Assembly: GCF_006345805.1 (NCBI RefSeq)
Contig: NC_042999.1
Location: forward strand, 122,388,001 to 122,452,000
Direction of reading: 5' to 3'
From: Octopus sinensis
Taxonomy: Eukaryota
Length of the DNA stretch: 64,000 bases
In this document: one piece after another, positions 26,755-40,295 of the stretch
How positions within the stretch are numbered: the first letter of the stretch is position 1
How the letters are laid out: every line of letters starts with the position of its first letter
Notes under the pieces: generated by a model
Database searches by the model: none
What the model was told of the DNA's origin: nothing
Seen by the model: the letters and a program-made list of their open reading frames with translations, nothing else
Position numbers and translations under genes: made by a program

Positions 26755-27149
26755 TATATACTTGTGTCAATGGAAATGATTATACTTTCTTTAAAAATAA
26801 GTATAATAATATCCACAGCCTTCTGCTTCTTAAAAGAAATCATTATTAATGCTTTATTTATTAAAATATGGTCATATTATATTGAAACATATCATACTAA
26901 TGGTGTTGCAGTGTACCATTTGAGATCCATTGCTTTACCTCTTAAAAATTAATACTTTTATTGACATTGGCAGAAAATATTCTTTGCCAATTACCACTAA
27001 TATTGAATTTCTGATTATCATAAAATAATGGCTGAAATAATGATATTTGTTTCAATTTTATAGATCCTCTTAAAAATATATCCTTGATGGGAGCATTTGT
27101 TATTAGAATTAAACAATATATAATTATCTGTCAAAATCAAACAGTTTAG

Positions 27150-27473
27150 GCACAGGAGTTACTGTGTGGTAGCTTGCTTACCAACCACACGATTCTAGGT
27201 TCAGTCCCACTGCATGGAACCTTGGGCAAGTGTCTTCTACTATAACCTTGGGCTGACCAAAGCCTTGTGAGTGGATTTGGTAGCTGGAAACTGAAAGAAG
27301 CTCATCATGTGTATATATATATATACAGCATATATAGTATGCTTATATGCTTGTACAGATGAATTATGTTCCATCTTGTGGGATGTTTATATGTATATTC
27401 TATGATTAAATGTTCGAATTATGTAATGTTATGTGGATGACCTTGCATTTGTTTGTTCTATAACCTTAGTTTG

Positions 27474-27524
<51 letters not shown>

Positions 27525-27737
27525 GCATGTGTTTATGTGTCTGTGCTTGTCTCCCCATCATCACTTGACAGCCAATGTTGGTGTGTTTACATGCCCATAA
27601 CTAAGTAGTTCGGCTAAAGAGACCGACAGAATAAGTGCTATGTTTACAAAGAATAAGTCCTGGAGTCGATTTTTTTCGATTAAAGGCAGTGCTCCAGCAT
27701 GGCCACAGTCAAATGACTGAAACAAATAAAAGAATAA
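27150..27737 (+). mobile_element. SINE family A with extra internal segment
   Basis: Head and tail match 2045-2440; about 150 bp unrelated sequence between two (TA)n runs. Confidence 0.88.
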
Positions 27738-30700
27738 AGTTTAATAGGATTAAAAGATACTTATCAAGTGATTTTTAATTTCATGACAATACTCTAGTTT
27801 ATTTGTACAATATGTCTAATTGTTTTAGTATATTACTTATGACTGGACACAATAAAGAAGAAAAATACAGATTTAAAACTTTGGCAGAAAACACAAATTT
27901 TGTAAAGTAGAGAGCAGATAATTAAATCAACTTTATCACCTGATTTTATTGATTCTTGAAAGGTGAGAGGCAAATTTTCTTTCCATTGAGATTTGAAATC
28001 AGAACATAAAATATTATAATTAAATATCTCAAATCATTTTGTTTGCTACTCTATTAATTTTGTCATAAATTATTTGAAATTTATCCAATGATTTCTGCTA
28101 TAAACAAAAGTTACTGATTATGGTATAGATTATGATTTAGGAACAATCATATGATTTATCTGCTGACAACAAATTACATAGCATTAGAATGAAAATTTTC
28201 CTACCTAATTTTAGTAAAATCCAACCCAATTCAATTGCATTTTTAGAAACGTTAACCAGTTTTAAGATAAGAGTAAGCTACTTATGTTAGCAAATTAATT
28301 ATATATAATAATGTCCTGTAGGAATATTTATTATAAATAGTTAATATAAATAAAGTTTGACAGTTTTAACATTAAACATTATTAAATTTTGCATTTCTAG
28401 AAACAGTTATTTTGCCTGTCCTACTTATGAAAACTTGTTTAATATATAATACTTTCCTTTGAAATATAGTGATAGTATATCCCAACAAAGGTTTAACAAT
28501 TTGTAACTGTAGAATATTGAATTCTTATATTTAGATGTAAATGAATTAGCATCTATTGAGACATTTTTTACCACTTTTTATTAAAGACCAATTAAATTTT
28601 TATTAAACAGCAATTATAAAATCTTAAATTTAATTTTAAGTAAAATAGTTCTCTAATGAAATAGATAGCTTTAATTCAGCTAATTCTTTATTTTCATTAA
28701 CATACATCTTGTCTAACTCAAGTAGTTACAACCAAGAGAATTTACTGAATCCTATCATTTATGTGACTATCATACACTACAATAATTATTGATTTCATAA
28801 ACATTTATCAAGGAGAAACCATTTGAGAAAATGAAAGTAATTCTTGTCACTGAATAAACAAAAAGATATAAAAGTGGCTTGTTTTCAATCAAATTGCATA
28901 AAATTATTTAGTATCCTTTTAAGAATTATAGACTTATAAATATTATTTAATGAATTACAAATATAAGATGTAAAAGTTGGTACTTTAAAAGTATGTACTT
29001 GATTAATCTGAATTAGCCTATTGTTGATCTATCTTCATCATAATTTATATATATAGTTTCAAATATGAAAATATCTAATTAGATAATTATGGAATTGAAT
29101 ATCCAGAAAGGTGTCTTGTTTTAAAGTGATAAATACATACATGTTTTATGTTAACTTTTCAGTCTTTATATAAATAAAAACATTTCGAAGAAATGTTCAT
29201 TGAATCTACCACAGTAAGAATTTATTATCTTAATTCCTTAAAATATAACGTTATTTGAGTTGTCTGCTAAGTTATTGTACATATATGAGAAAGATACTGT
29301 TTCAGATAAAACTTATTTTAAAATTTGAGCAAGAGTTTTATATAAATATTCTGTTTCTTAATTTTTAACAAAATTCATTGGTGGAAAAACTTTGTATCAA
29401 CACTGATATTTATTAAAATGATATAAGCCAACAATCATAAGCTTTCATTTATTTTGTTGTCCATAATTCTTTTCATATTTCTTAACCACTGAAATTTATT
29501 CTTATCACAAAAATTTTCTATAATTTTCTATGCTCTTTTCTGCATTACTATAACAAATACTTGGGGAAATTATTTGATTGTGTTATCACTTTAAGTATTT
29601 ATATATATTGCTGTTTTGCCTTAAAAACAGATTTAATTCTTTTGATTTAATAGTTATTTCATTTCAAGCCCTTTATATCATTTGTTCATTAAAATTACAT
29701 TATTCAATTCAGACACCCATACATACAGCAAACTGTTCTCAGATTTTATCAGAGTTACCAGAATGTTAATTTGGAAGGTGTAAAAGAATTCTGAATTTCA
29801 TGTTAAACAGTTTCTACCTTAAATCCATCAATAATTTGTCATAGTTTATTGATTAAATATCCAAGAATTGGAGAAATATGCTTTTTTTATTTGGTATATA
29901 ATATTTTACAAAGTGGACAATTGCTACTATCAAATAACGGTATGAAGTTGAATAAGTTATTCATATGATATCTAAAATATTTTGGAAATCTCACTAGCCG
30001 AAATAATAGGACAGCTATGACAATACATGTGGTCAATCACATCCTGTTCTGATAATTTCTCTTATCTTTCATGACAGCAAGAAATGTCCACCCAACAGAG
30101 ACGATTTTTAGTAACAATACTTATTTTAGCATCAAATATATTATCCACTCTAAGTGTCACGGAGAAAACATTTTCTACTAAGTAAAATTTCTCATTCGCA
30201 ATGGATTTGATATTCTTTGCAATTTCTTTATCACTATTTCAATACAGACACACAATAAATATAAAACAAAAAAAGAAAAAGAAAAGCTGTAATGACAATG
30301 CCACTTCTAATAGACAAGTCAACTGCTAGCTTCAACATACAGAGTTATATGAAGCTGACTGATTCTCATTCTTTCAATATTATTTCTAAAGTATTAAGAG
30401 CTTCATTTCATTTTACGGCATGGATTTTTAGCAATTACCTTAATGCATTCTCCCTTCACTAGTTTCTGTACCTAGTTATCAAAACCCTTGGATAATCAAT
30501 AAATTTATATTTTCTTTAACCTCATTTACACTTAGCTAACTTTGATCTTAATTATTCAATATATACACATTGATGTCACGCATACTGAATACTTTTTATA
30601 TCAATATCTAGAAAGTTAAAAACAATAACTTCCTTAAAATCACTGAAACCAAGTAAAAGTCTATGCCATCAGGAACAGCTATTTAATCATTGCACTACTT

Positions 30701-30779
30701 CCAAAATGGCCAGTTTACACAAAATTTACTCTAGACACATTAAGCTATCTATTATTATTTTTCAATATTTATGTACGCA

Positions 30780-31030
30780 CATACTGGCCCAGACAAGAAA
30801 CAGTTTGTACTGTCATGGAGATCAGCTGCCTGGCTGGTGTGAATATCTCTTCAAAACTCAACGAGAAAGAGGAAAATTGTGAACAACTGATTTGAAGCCT
30901 TCAGCTTCTGTATCCAGATTATGAATTCACATTTATTCCAATAATAATTGGTGCACTTAGTTTTGTTGTAAATACCAAAGTGACAAGCTGGAAAAGATAG
31001 AATTTTCCAAAATGGAAATCAACCATGTAA
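30780..31030 (+). mobile_element. RLE-LINE (R4-like) C-terminal relic
   Basis: TVCTVMEISCLAGVNISSKLNEKEENC..LQLLYPDYEFTFIPIIIGAL; colinear with 62450-62690. Confidence 0.65.
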
Positions 31031-31242
31031 ATAGCTCATTACAAGTAAAATATATAAGTAGGACAGTATATATATATATATATATATATGTGTGTAAGAA
31101 GTTTTCAAGTTCAACAAGTGTCATTGCTTTTATCATCTGCATTCCAGCCATGGTGCTTTGCATCTTAAAAACCATCTCCTTCCTTACAGGAAAACTTCAA
31201 ATTATGAAAAATGGATGAGAAGATACATACATACATACATAT

Positions 31243-31445
31243 AAGGGTAGGTTGAAAAGTTTATATGCTGACTATGAAGTAGTGATGCAAGAGCAGTTAA
31301 ATCTTGCATAGTTTAATTCCAACACTTATTATTAACTGCATTTTTTTTAAGGTAAATTGATACCTGACTGTTCAAAGAAGACTTCAAAAGTAACTAGTAA
31401 CCACTTCGCTTGAAAATGGATAAAATTTGGCATCAGGTACTTGGG
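31243..31445 (+). mobile_element. mariner 5' end fragment
   Basis: TIR-like gggtaggttgaaaagtt after TA; ATGGATAAAATTTGGCATC (MDKIWH) transposase-like start. Confidence 0.5.
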
Positions 31446-31548
31446 AAAAGGGTTTCACACACAGCCATGCCTGTACCTATGAAATTATTTGGAAAAGATT
31501 TTTCTATACCATGTATTTTTGGTGCATGGAGACTGAAAGAAGCTAGTC

Positions 31549-31602
31549 ATATATATATGGCCACTGTGATATATATATATATCACAGTGGCCATATATAT
31601 AT
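31549..31602. repeat. Perfect 54-bp palindrome centred on (AT)7
   Basis: atatatatatggccactgtg-(at)7-cacagtggccatatatatat. Confidence 0.95.
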
Positions 31603-31738
31603 ATATCTATATATATATATATATTATATATATATATATATATATATCAGTTGAATAAAGTTAAAACTTGGTCTACTTTTCATGTTTTTGATTATGGTAT
31701 TCTAATATTTAAAAAAATATATATACATTTCATAATGC

Positions 31739-32120
31739 TCATAAAGTTAAATTAGCACTTTCATACATAGAGTAATCATCAGATTTCAAATCTGCTTAAC
31801 TAACAGTTAAGGTCTTGATAACTTTAGTACCTCTTAGAAGGCTACAACAAGCTGAATTTTTAGAATATGTTTTTAACTAATCCACATGGATTAAAAAAAT
31901 ATCTCTAGCATATAAATATAAACAAATTACAGAATATTAGTAAGTTTGGCGATCCATGAAGTTTAAGCTGCATGCGGATTGGTTAAAATCATATTCTAAA
32001 ACTCCAGCTTGTTGGAGCATTCTAAGAGGTACTAAAGTTGTCAAGAACTCAACTGCCAGTTAATCACATTTGAAATCTGAGAATTACTCTACGTATGAAA
32101 GTGCTAATTTAACTTTATGA
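31739..32120. mobile_element. MITE with about 150-bp imperfect TIRs
   Basis: tcataaagttaaattagcactttcatac...actttagtacctcttagaa mirrored by ttctaagaggtactaaagt...gtatgaaagtgctaatttaactttatga. Confidence 0.85.
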
Positions 32121-32243
32121 TTATTACCAATTGTTTTTGTTTTTAATGTTAAAATAACATAATAAAAACCTGAAGACCAGACAATGTGTTAATTTTATTC
32201 AACTGATATATTATTCTATACACTTTCACACAAATTCAAAGCT

Positions 32244-32638
32244 AGGCACCAGTAGGGCTGTGTGGTTAAAAGATTGCTTCCCAACGATATAGTTCTGGGT
32301 TCAGTCCCACTGCATGGCACCTTGGGCATGTGTCTTCTACTATAGCCTTGGACTAAGTAAAGCCTTGTGAGTGGATCTGGAAGATGGAAACTGAATGAAG
32401 CCCATTGTATATATATATATATGTATTTATATTTAAATGTGTGTCTGTGTTTGTCCCCCCACCATCGCTTCATAACCAATGTTAGTGTGTTTATGTCCCT
32501 AAAACTTAGCAGTTCAGTAAAAGGAACTGATAAAATAAGTACCAGGCTTACAAAGAATAAGTCTTGGGCTCGATTTCTTTGACTAAAGGTTGTGCTCTTG
32601 CATGACTGCAGTCAAATGACTGAAACATGTAAAAGAGT
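32244..32638 (+). mobile_element. SINE family A, full length
   Basis: gggctgtgtggtt..ggttcagtcccactgcatggcaccttgggca..cagtcaaatgactgaaac. Confidence 0.9.
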
Positions 32639-33574
32639 ATATATATATAAGCACACAGATAATATATGATATAAAAAGCATATATAAAATATATATTATA
32701 TATAGCATAATACACACATACACACCAATTTTTGTTATGTAGTGTTTAAGTAAAAGAACGTTAGATAAATTCAATAATGTCCATCAAGTTTATTTTAAGC
32801 ATCTTGAAAACTATGGAAAATTATACAATTTTAGAGTACAATTTCCTATTACAAATGTACAATGACTCTTCACTTTGTTTTGTCCAAACAAATGCATATA
32901 ATGATTGCATTCTCAATAAATTAATCTAAATTGTCTATTTTCACTGGAAATCAAGTGTGTAATTTTAATGACAATAACATTAAGGCCATAATGCTGAATA
33001 ACTTAGATATCTTTTCTTAGTAATTTGAAATTGAAATTAAGTAGTCAAATGATTTTTCTCACATATTTTGAGAAAAATATATCTAATTATATGTGTCTAT
33101 GTATGCATGAGTACATGCATTAATGAATCTATTTATTCATGACATGACAATATAATACATTAAATCATCCAAATGTCTGCACTTTCATCTACTGACTTTA
33201 TGATGAAGATTGAGATTGTGAGGCTCATGTCAAAGTATTAAGATTATAAATAAAGACAAACAGTACCACATGGAATCGAAATTAGGTCAGGAATTATTTA
33301 ACTGTGTATCATGTATCAATTTGCCTTTAGCATTATTATTACTGGAAGCTCTTCTTCCATGGTGATGGACTTCATGCAGATGGTGATGCATGATCTTGAT
33401 ATTGAATTCTTTCCCATAAGTCAGTGCTATAGATCTGCTTAAGGCAATGCATGTGAAACTGTTGTAAACCCTTAAGGGTAGTACATGGTCTATGCCTCAC
33501 AGCCCTAAGGAGGATGGGCAAAACCACAGTAAGGTAAACATGAATGTTAGTATTAAACTGAGCACCTTATCCAG

Positions 33575-34650
33575 AGGCAGTGACAGAGTTATTTTGCAAG
33601 CCCAAATTTACCTCCACTACTACTCCAATCATCCACATCATATAAGTTGGTCAAATCTGAAATCCCAATTTTTGAGGATAAAACGGATTTGTACTGACAC
33701 AGGAGTTTACTAGAAACATGTAAATGCTTTTGTATACCATTATGCCAAATGCGATTACAGTGAAACATGATTAAAGAAAATAGTAAATGACATAGCTAAG
33801 ATTAGCAAAGAAAGTCAAACTTTCCCTTAATGATTAACTGGCACCAAAATTTCATTGGCATTTCAAAAGTGTTGAATGAAAGTTACCAGCATGTTGTGGA
33901 AAAATATCCTTGTTTCAAACAGATATTTCCTCAGTCACCTATTGTAGCCTTTAGATGGAATAAAAATATAAGAGGACTATTGACTTCTATTTCTGATTCC
34001 AAGAAAACTATGATTGGAGTATCTGCATGCTGTACCTTGTAAAACAGCCACAAGAAAGGTAAGCCCTGTTTATTGTGCAACAACACGAGTCAAGTGAATT
34101 CTATTAAGAATCATAACAGAAATGTTATGATTTATACAGAAGATGGGACATGTAAAGATTCCCATTTGCTGTACGTGGCAGAATGTATGAAATACAACTT
34201 GATTTATGTTGGTTGTATAACAGAACAATTAAACAAAAGATTTAATAGGCACAATAACAGTAGTTCAACAGAACTTGCCGAACATTTTGCTTCAAATGGC
34301 TGCAATTTTGAAAATGACTTGAAAGTGTATATTCTCAGAAAATATTCTGAATCTGCATCACTTACAATACTCAAAATGCACGAGGAGAAATATGTTTGTG
34401 AGTTATCAACATCACACACTAGAGGAATAAATAAAATGACAAGAGAATATCATCAAATTTATACAAAACTGTTTGATTAAATATTCTTCTTCTTTACCCT
34501 TTCCTGTCTTCTTTCCTTCTTTTTTCTTTTTGTTTTCTGTCTTTTTCGTTTTGCCAGTTATAAAATTGAAACTTAAAGACTGATGATGTCATTCCATTAA
34601 TGTGTGGACGCTGGTTGCTCTCGTTCATAGTTGAGATTTGTATTTCTATA
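33575..34650 (+). mobile_element. Penelope-like element 3' relic (RT thumb, linker, GIY-YIG), a different family from 20320
   Basis: YLHYYSNHPHHI..SQFLRIKRICT; INWHQ..KQIFPQSPIVAFRWNKNIRGLL; KPCLLC; LYVAEC..IYVGC..LNKRF..H; ELAEHF; RGINK; T-rich tract then ctgatga. Confidence 0.88.
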
Positions 34651-34789
34651 ATTTTGAATTTTTATCACTTTTTATTTTGAACTCAACAAAGTCAAGCCTG
34701 CTATTGAAATATCGTTCAACTAATAAAATATCTGTTACAATTGCATCTCACTCTTTGCTTTGTCTATCCTCCTCCTCCTCCTCCTGGAG

Positions 34790-35340
34790 TCTTGCATGCA
34801 TAGTGGACTTACTACCTGCAGCCTACAGTACCATGCTATCTGTTCTTTTCAGCTATATAATATTTTCCTGATTATTCTGCCCATACCAAGTAGGCAAATG
34901 CTTTGTAACAGTTCTACTGGGCACTCTATTAAAATTTCCTTTATATTCCTCTTGATGCCTTCTGATACTGTTTCTAAGGATACAATAATAATTGGCACTA
35001 TCTTCACCTTCTTCATTTTCCATAGCCGGGCTATTTCGTACTTAAGAGGGTTGTATCTATCTATCTTTTAACCTTTCTTCTTGACTATTTGTGGGTCAAA
35101 GAGGCATGCAACATCAACTATATAGAATATGTGGTGCACCTTATCCATCACCACTAGGTCTGGTCTGTTATTCTCTAGCATGTGATCTGTTTGGATTGGG
35201 AAATCCCAGAGGATTTTGCTAGTCTCTGACTCCATCACTCTCTGCAGTTTGTGCTCATACCACATCTTCCCTTTCTCTAGCCCCCACTTTTTGCACAGTT
35301 TCCAATGCAGCACTTTCACTACCTGGTTGTGTTACCACAA
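34790..35340 (-). mobile_element. RLE-LINE (R4/Dong-like) 3' fragment, second subfamily
   Basis: LHWKLCKK..WYEHK..ILWDFPIQTDH..NRPDLVVMDK..IVDVAC; then KY..LKYEIARLW..VPIII; 3' UTR ending near (GGA)n. Confidence 0.85.
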
Positions 35341-35486
35341 CTTGTAGTGGTTTTGGGAAAGTCTAGGGCATTTGTTAATGATATGGGTAATAGTTTCATC
35401 TACTCTATTGCGGATGCAGCACTGTGGAGGCACTTGTTCATTCCTAAGGTATCATCATTATTATTATCATTATCATTATTATTAAT

Positions 35487-35730
35487 GTGGCAAGCTGGCA
35501 GAATTGTTAGCACTCCAGACAAAATACTTAGCAGTATTTCATCCGTCATTACCTTATGAGTTCAAATACCGCTGAGTTCAACTTTACCTTTCATCCTTTC
35601 GAAGTTGATAAATTAAGTACCAGTGAAAACACTGGGGTCAATATAATCGACTTATCCCCTCCCCCAAAATGGCTGCCCTTGTGGCAAAATTTGAAACCAT
35701 TATTATTATTGCCATTATTATTATTATTAT
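35487..35730 (+). mobile_element. tRNA-headed SINE family C with (ATT)n tail
   Basis: gctggcagaattgttagc..gagttcaaat..aactttacctttcatcctttc..aagtaccag..ggggtcaatataatcgact. Confidence 0.88.
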
Positions 35731-37094
35731 AAGACATAAAATAGTGAAATAATACACTTGTTAAGTATTTTTACATTGAAATATATACCTGTGATGTAGA
35801 AATGCTGATTTTTTTTTTCTAAATTGTAGGTCTTGTGTCAATGTAAATATGTTATTTTTTTCATCTATTTATATGTCTGAACTATTTTATTTACTTTCAC
35901 TCCATTAATAATTGCATACTGTACACTTACTGCAGACTATTGCTGAATGGTATTTTTAAAATCTACAATTTACTTCTTTGATAGATATATTAAATATTTG
36001 TCAAAAATATAACAATCTTAAATTTACTTTATCTCTTGATAAGTTTTTTTATTTTAACTTCTTTTTTTCTTCTTCTCTGTTTTCAATAAAGAAATATGTT
36101 TTCAATAACAGGAAATATGGAAAAGATTGGTATAATCAGATTTAAAAATAAAAACATAGGAATTGTTACATATTCCTTTGAAATTTGACAAATATTTAAA
36201 AATACAGATCTGATTAAAGATATCTGTGATTGCAGTTGTGTGAATGTGCTTGTATGTGTCTAATTCTTTCTCTATGATTTATATACATATATATATATAT
36301 ACATACATATGTATATTTATATAGATACATATATAAGCATATGAAAATATTTGCACACAGTCATAATTATTATCATGATAAAACATCTTCACCAACTCTA
36401 ATCAATCAAAGTAATAAATATGCATGGATATGGAAATATAAACATGCATTTTCCATATTGACGCCAAAGAATTCTCCTAACATAAAGAAGACAGCTTGTG
36501 TAGAACATATTTTACAATTCATAATGTAAATAGAGTAATCTTTCAGGACATTAAAATATAGATGGCCATGATTCACTACTTTTGTTTTATGAGCTGATTA
36601 AGCATGTAGATTTTCTTGTGTACATGCCACTTCTCACAACATGAATTACTTTAAAATGAAAAAACAAAGCTTAATAAATGCAGAAGAATTTCTCTTGTTA
36701 TAAATCTGATATTAGAATTCTGTCGTTTGAATTGTTTTTCTGTTTGCACAATGCAATACAATTCTTTCTAAATAATTCTAAAGACATAGGAAAGTTCAAT
36801 GTTTTCTGTAGTTTCCTTTATATTTTACTAAATGGATATATTCTGGCGAAATGGGTTTTTTTCTAACTAAAATTTCAATGTCACCCTGTGAAGAGACTAA
36901 ATGTACTGTTTTGTCATTGATACAATTTTTGTTGACATTTATTTGGAGCTTAAACAACCAGATGAACCCAATACACATTTTTCATGCAGATACATATTAC
37001 ATTAGGTTGGGCTGACATGATGAGGTTCACTACACAAGAAGGAAGTCTTCAGTGACACTATTACTATGGATTATGTGATTCATTGTTACATACA

Positions 37095-37433
37095 GTGAAG
37101 GTGCATGGCTCAGTGGTTAGTGCATTGAGCTTACGATCGTGAGGTTGTGAGTTTGAATCCCGGACCGGGCTGTGTGTTGTGTTCTTGAGCAATACACTTT
37201 ATTTCACATTGTTCCAGTTCACTCAGCTGTAGAAATGAGTTGCGATGTCACTGGTGCCAAGCTGTATCGGCCTTTTCCTTTCCCTTGGATAACATTGGTG
37301 GCATGGAGAGGGGAAGCTGGAATGCATGGGCGACTGCTGGTCTTCCATAAAAACAACCTTGCCCAGACTTGTGCCTCGAAGGGTAACTTTCTAGGTGCAA
37401 TCCCATGGTCATTCGTGACTGAAGGGGGTCTTC
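37095..37433 (+). mobile_element. tRNA-headed CORE-like SINE family D with 10-bp TSD
   Basis: tggctcagtggttag..gtttgaatccc; ttcttgagcaatacactt..cactcagctgtagaaatgagt; TSD gttacataca at 37085-37094 and 37434-37443. Confidence 0.88.
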
Positions 37434-37914
37434 GTTACATACAATCTTGCTGAGGATGAACTTACGCAGTCAACGAGTCTTTCAACATTCATGTAACCTG
37501 CAACAAATAACAACCAAATTACCCTCAAATGACTTACACTATCGTCAGAAAATGAAAGACATGCTGGTAAATATAATTCTAGTTGCACAAAATATTTTAA
37601 TCCTACATCTGTATGATCTGGGCTGACACAGTGTTAAACACTAAATACTTCTACTTGTTCAAAGCATTTTTCACTTATGCTATTAATTTATCATAAGTAT
37701 AGTGTACTAGTTATCAGTGTTGAAAGGTTTGTGGGTAATAAAACCTGTATATGAACAGAGTATGTACCAAACTAATGTCTTATAAGCAAATTGCAAGATG
37801 AATTTAATAACCTAGAATTCTAAAAGTGCACAGCTGTATTTTGCAATACCATATATATATATATGATGTTGGCATCTAATATCCTAAAAACTGCACAATA
37901 TCATTATTATTATC

Positions 37915-38130
37915 ATAGGGTGGTGGATTAGCAAATTCATGAGGAGTTGGTTAAACTGCATTGTAGTGAACTTTGGCTCTTAGTATTATGAGTTTAAATC
38001 CAGCTGAAATCAACTTTGCTTTTCGTATTTCTGGGGTGATCAAAGAAATATTGGAGCCAGTTTAATTGATTAATCTTGCCCCAGCCATACCCAAAATTCT
38101 ACTTATATAAATTGTCATCATCATCATCAC
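37915..38130 (+). mobile_element. SINE family C, old copy
   Basis: tgagtttaaatccagctgaaatcaactttgcttttcgtatttctgggg matches family C core. Confidence 0.6.
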
Positions 38131-39554
38131 CACCATCATAAGTGTGACATTGAAGAATGCACTTATGTAGAGAAAAGTTATGATTCAACTTAGTTTGGTA
38201 ACTTTTGGTTTACAGTTGAAATCTTACTAGATTTTAAATTTTGTTTCATTAATCGCAAGTAAATATATTTGGTGTTTTATTGAAATTAATTCGTCCACCT
38301 AAAATCCATTCCCAAAATATTTCTGGTCAAATTAAATAATCGTTTTTATTCTACTTGATGATTCATTTTCTTTGTTATACAAACTATTGTAGAAATTTTT
38401 AGTTTTAAGATACTACAGCAAACAGACTCGGAACCTTATGCTTTCAACACTAATTTTATTTAGAGTTTACCCTCAGTCTTTAATACACTTTTCATTTTTC
38501 CTAGCAACTTCAAATGCAGTTAACTTTTAAAAGTTGTAATTTTATTTCTAGTGATAGTTAATCTTAATCTAAACCAATGCTACAATAACATCTGTTTACT
38601 TTACTAGCCTCATTCTATTGATGTAGTTAGTTGCTCCTAAAGCATCCAGATTATTGAGGAAATGAAGTAGCATTGTATGGTCACACTGTTTCAAATTCTT
38701 TTCTCTAAATGTTGTATTCTGAGAATGTTACTATCTATCCAGAAATGTTCTTTAAATGTAAATTTACCTAAGTAATAAAACTTAGTGAATAGAGAAGGCT
38801 AAGATATTCAAAAGAATAAATAATTATTTTGATCATATCTGCAGTTAGATTACTGCTAATTCAACATTAAGACTGGGCTCAAAGTTGCATACTTGATTAT
38901 TTAAAAAACTTTTTACATTTTCATGCCATCTTCATGTTCATACTGAATGATACATTTATATTAGTAACATGAACTTTAGAAACTATTTCTTTGAAATCTC
39001 CGACTTCATTATTTCCCAAGTAGTGAATGAAAAATAGTATTTTTTTAAAAATAATAATTCTACCTTGATTATATATTTAACATACAAATTCATCAAATTA
39101 TATTTTATAACTTCTTAATACATTTTCCATGTAAAAGTATTTTCTGTATATGTTTCTGGAGGCTAAATACTTTAAAAATAAAACTATGAATGATTCTTAT
39201 GGTGTGCATATTACCTTCAAGACTTTCTTAAACTATAATTAAAAAAAAAATCTATGATTGAAATTTTTAAATGAATATGTTAATAAAATAATTAGTAACT
39301 TATTCAAGTTTCTTTTCTCAAACTTGCACACATTTGAAAAATTTGAAGAAAGATATCACAGACATAAGTTTAGAATTGGTTTGCAATTTACTCCAGGCAA
39401 GGGCTTGGATATTTCAGTTGCATTCTGTTTAGAGATATCTTATTTTTAATATTTAAAAATAAAACTTGGAAACTGAAAATCTAAAAAGCTAAATGTTGCA
39501 AAACAATTTAAAAAGTTTCCTCTGTAGTAAATAAAGATAAAATTTTAAAACATT

Positions 39555-40295
39555 TGTAAAAGCACCATCCATTTGTGGCCGTTTGCCAGCTCTGTCTGGC
39601 CCCCGTGCCGGTGACACGTAAAAGCACCATCCGTTCGTGGCCGTTTGCCAGCCCTGTCTGGCCCCCATGTCGGTGACATGTAAAAGCACCATCTGTTCGT
39701 GGCCGTTTGCCAGCCCTGTCTGGCCCCCATGTCGGTGACATGTAAAAGCACCATCCGTTCGTGTCTGTTGCCAGCCTCGCCTGGCCCCCGTGCCGGTGAC
39801 ACGTAAAAGCACCATCCGTTCGTGGCCGTTTGCCAGCCCTGTCTGGCCCCCGTGTCGGTGGCATGTAAAAGCACCATCCGTTCCTGTCCGTTGCCAGCCT
39901 CGCCTGGCCCCCGTGCCGGTGACACGTAAAAGCACCATCCGTTTCGTGGCCATTTGCCAGCCCTGTCTGGCCCCCGTGTTGGTGGCACGTAAAAGCACCA
40001 TCCGTTCATGTCCGTTGCCAGCCTTGCCTGGCCCCGTGCCGGTGACATGTAAAAGCACCATCCGTTCGTGGCCGTTTGCCAGCTCTGTCTGGCACCTGTG
40101 TGGGTGGCACGTAAAAAGCACCCACTACACCCACTACACTCACGGAGTGGTTGGCGTTAGGAAGGGCATCCATCCGTAGAAACACTGCCAGATCTGACTG
40201 GGCCTGATGAAGCCTTCCAGCTTCACAGACCCCAGTTGAACCGTCCAACCCATGGAGAACGGACGCTAAATGATGATGATGATGATGATGATGAT
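39555..40295 (+). mobile_element. Family B element with 9-unit internal minisatellite
   Basis: Nine 61-63 bp units beginning gtaaaagcaccatc, then B tail and (GAT)n. Confidence 0.92.

Noticed and set aside
30078-30181. Exon encoding a signal-peptide-like MSTQQRRFLVTILILAS
   Set aside because: Weak donor, no supporting neighbours; hydrophobic runs are common by chance in AT-rich DNA.
39555-40110. CRISPR-like array; ORFs of 118-210 aa
   Set aside because: Units are contiguous with no unique spacers and no cas genes; the ORFs are by-products of a GC-rich tandem repeat.
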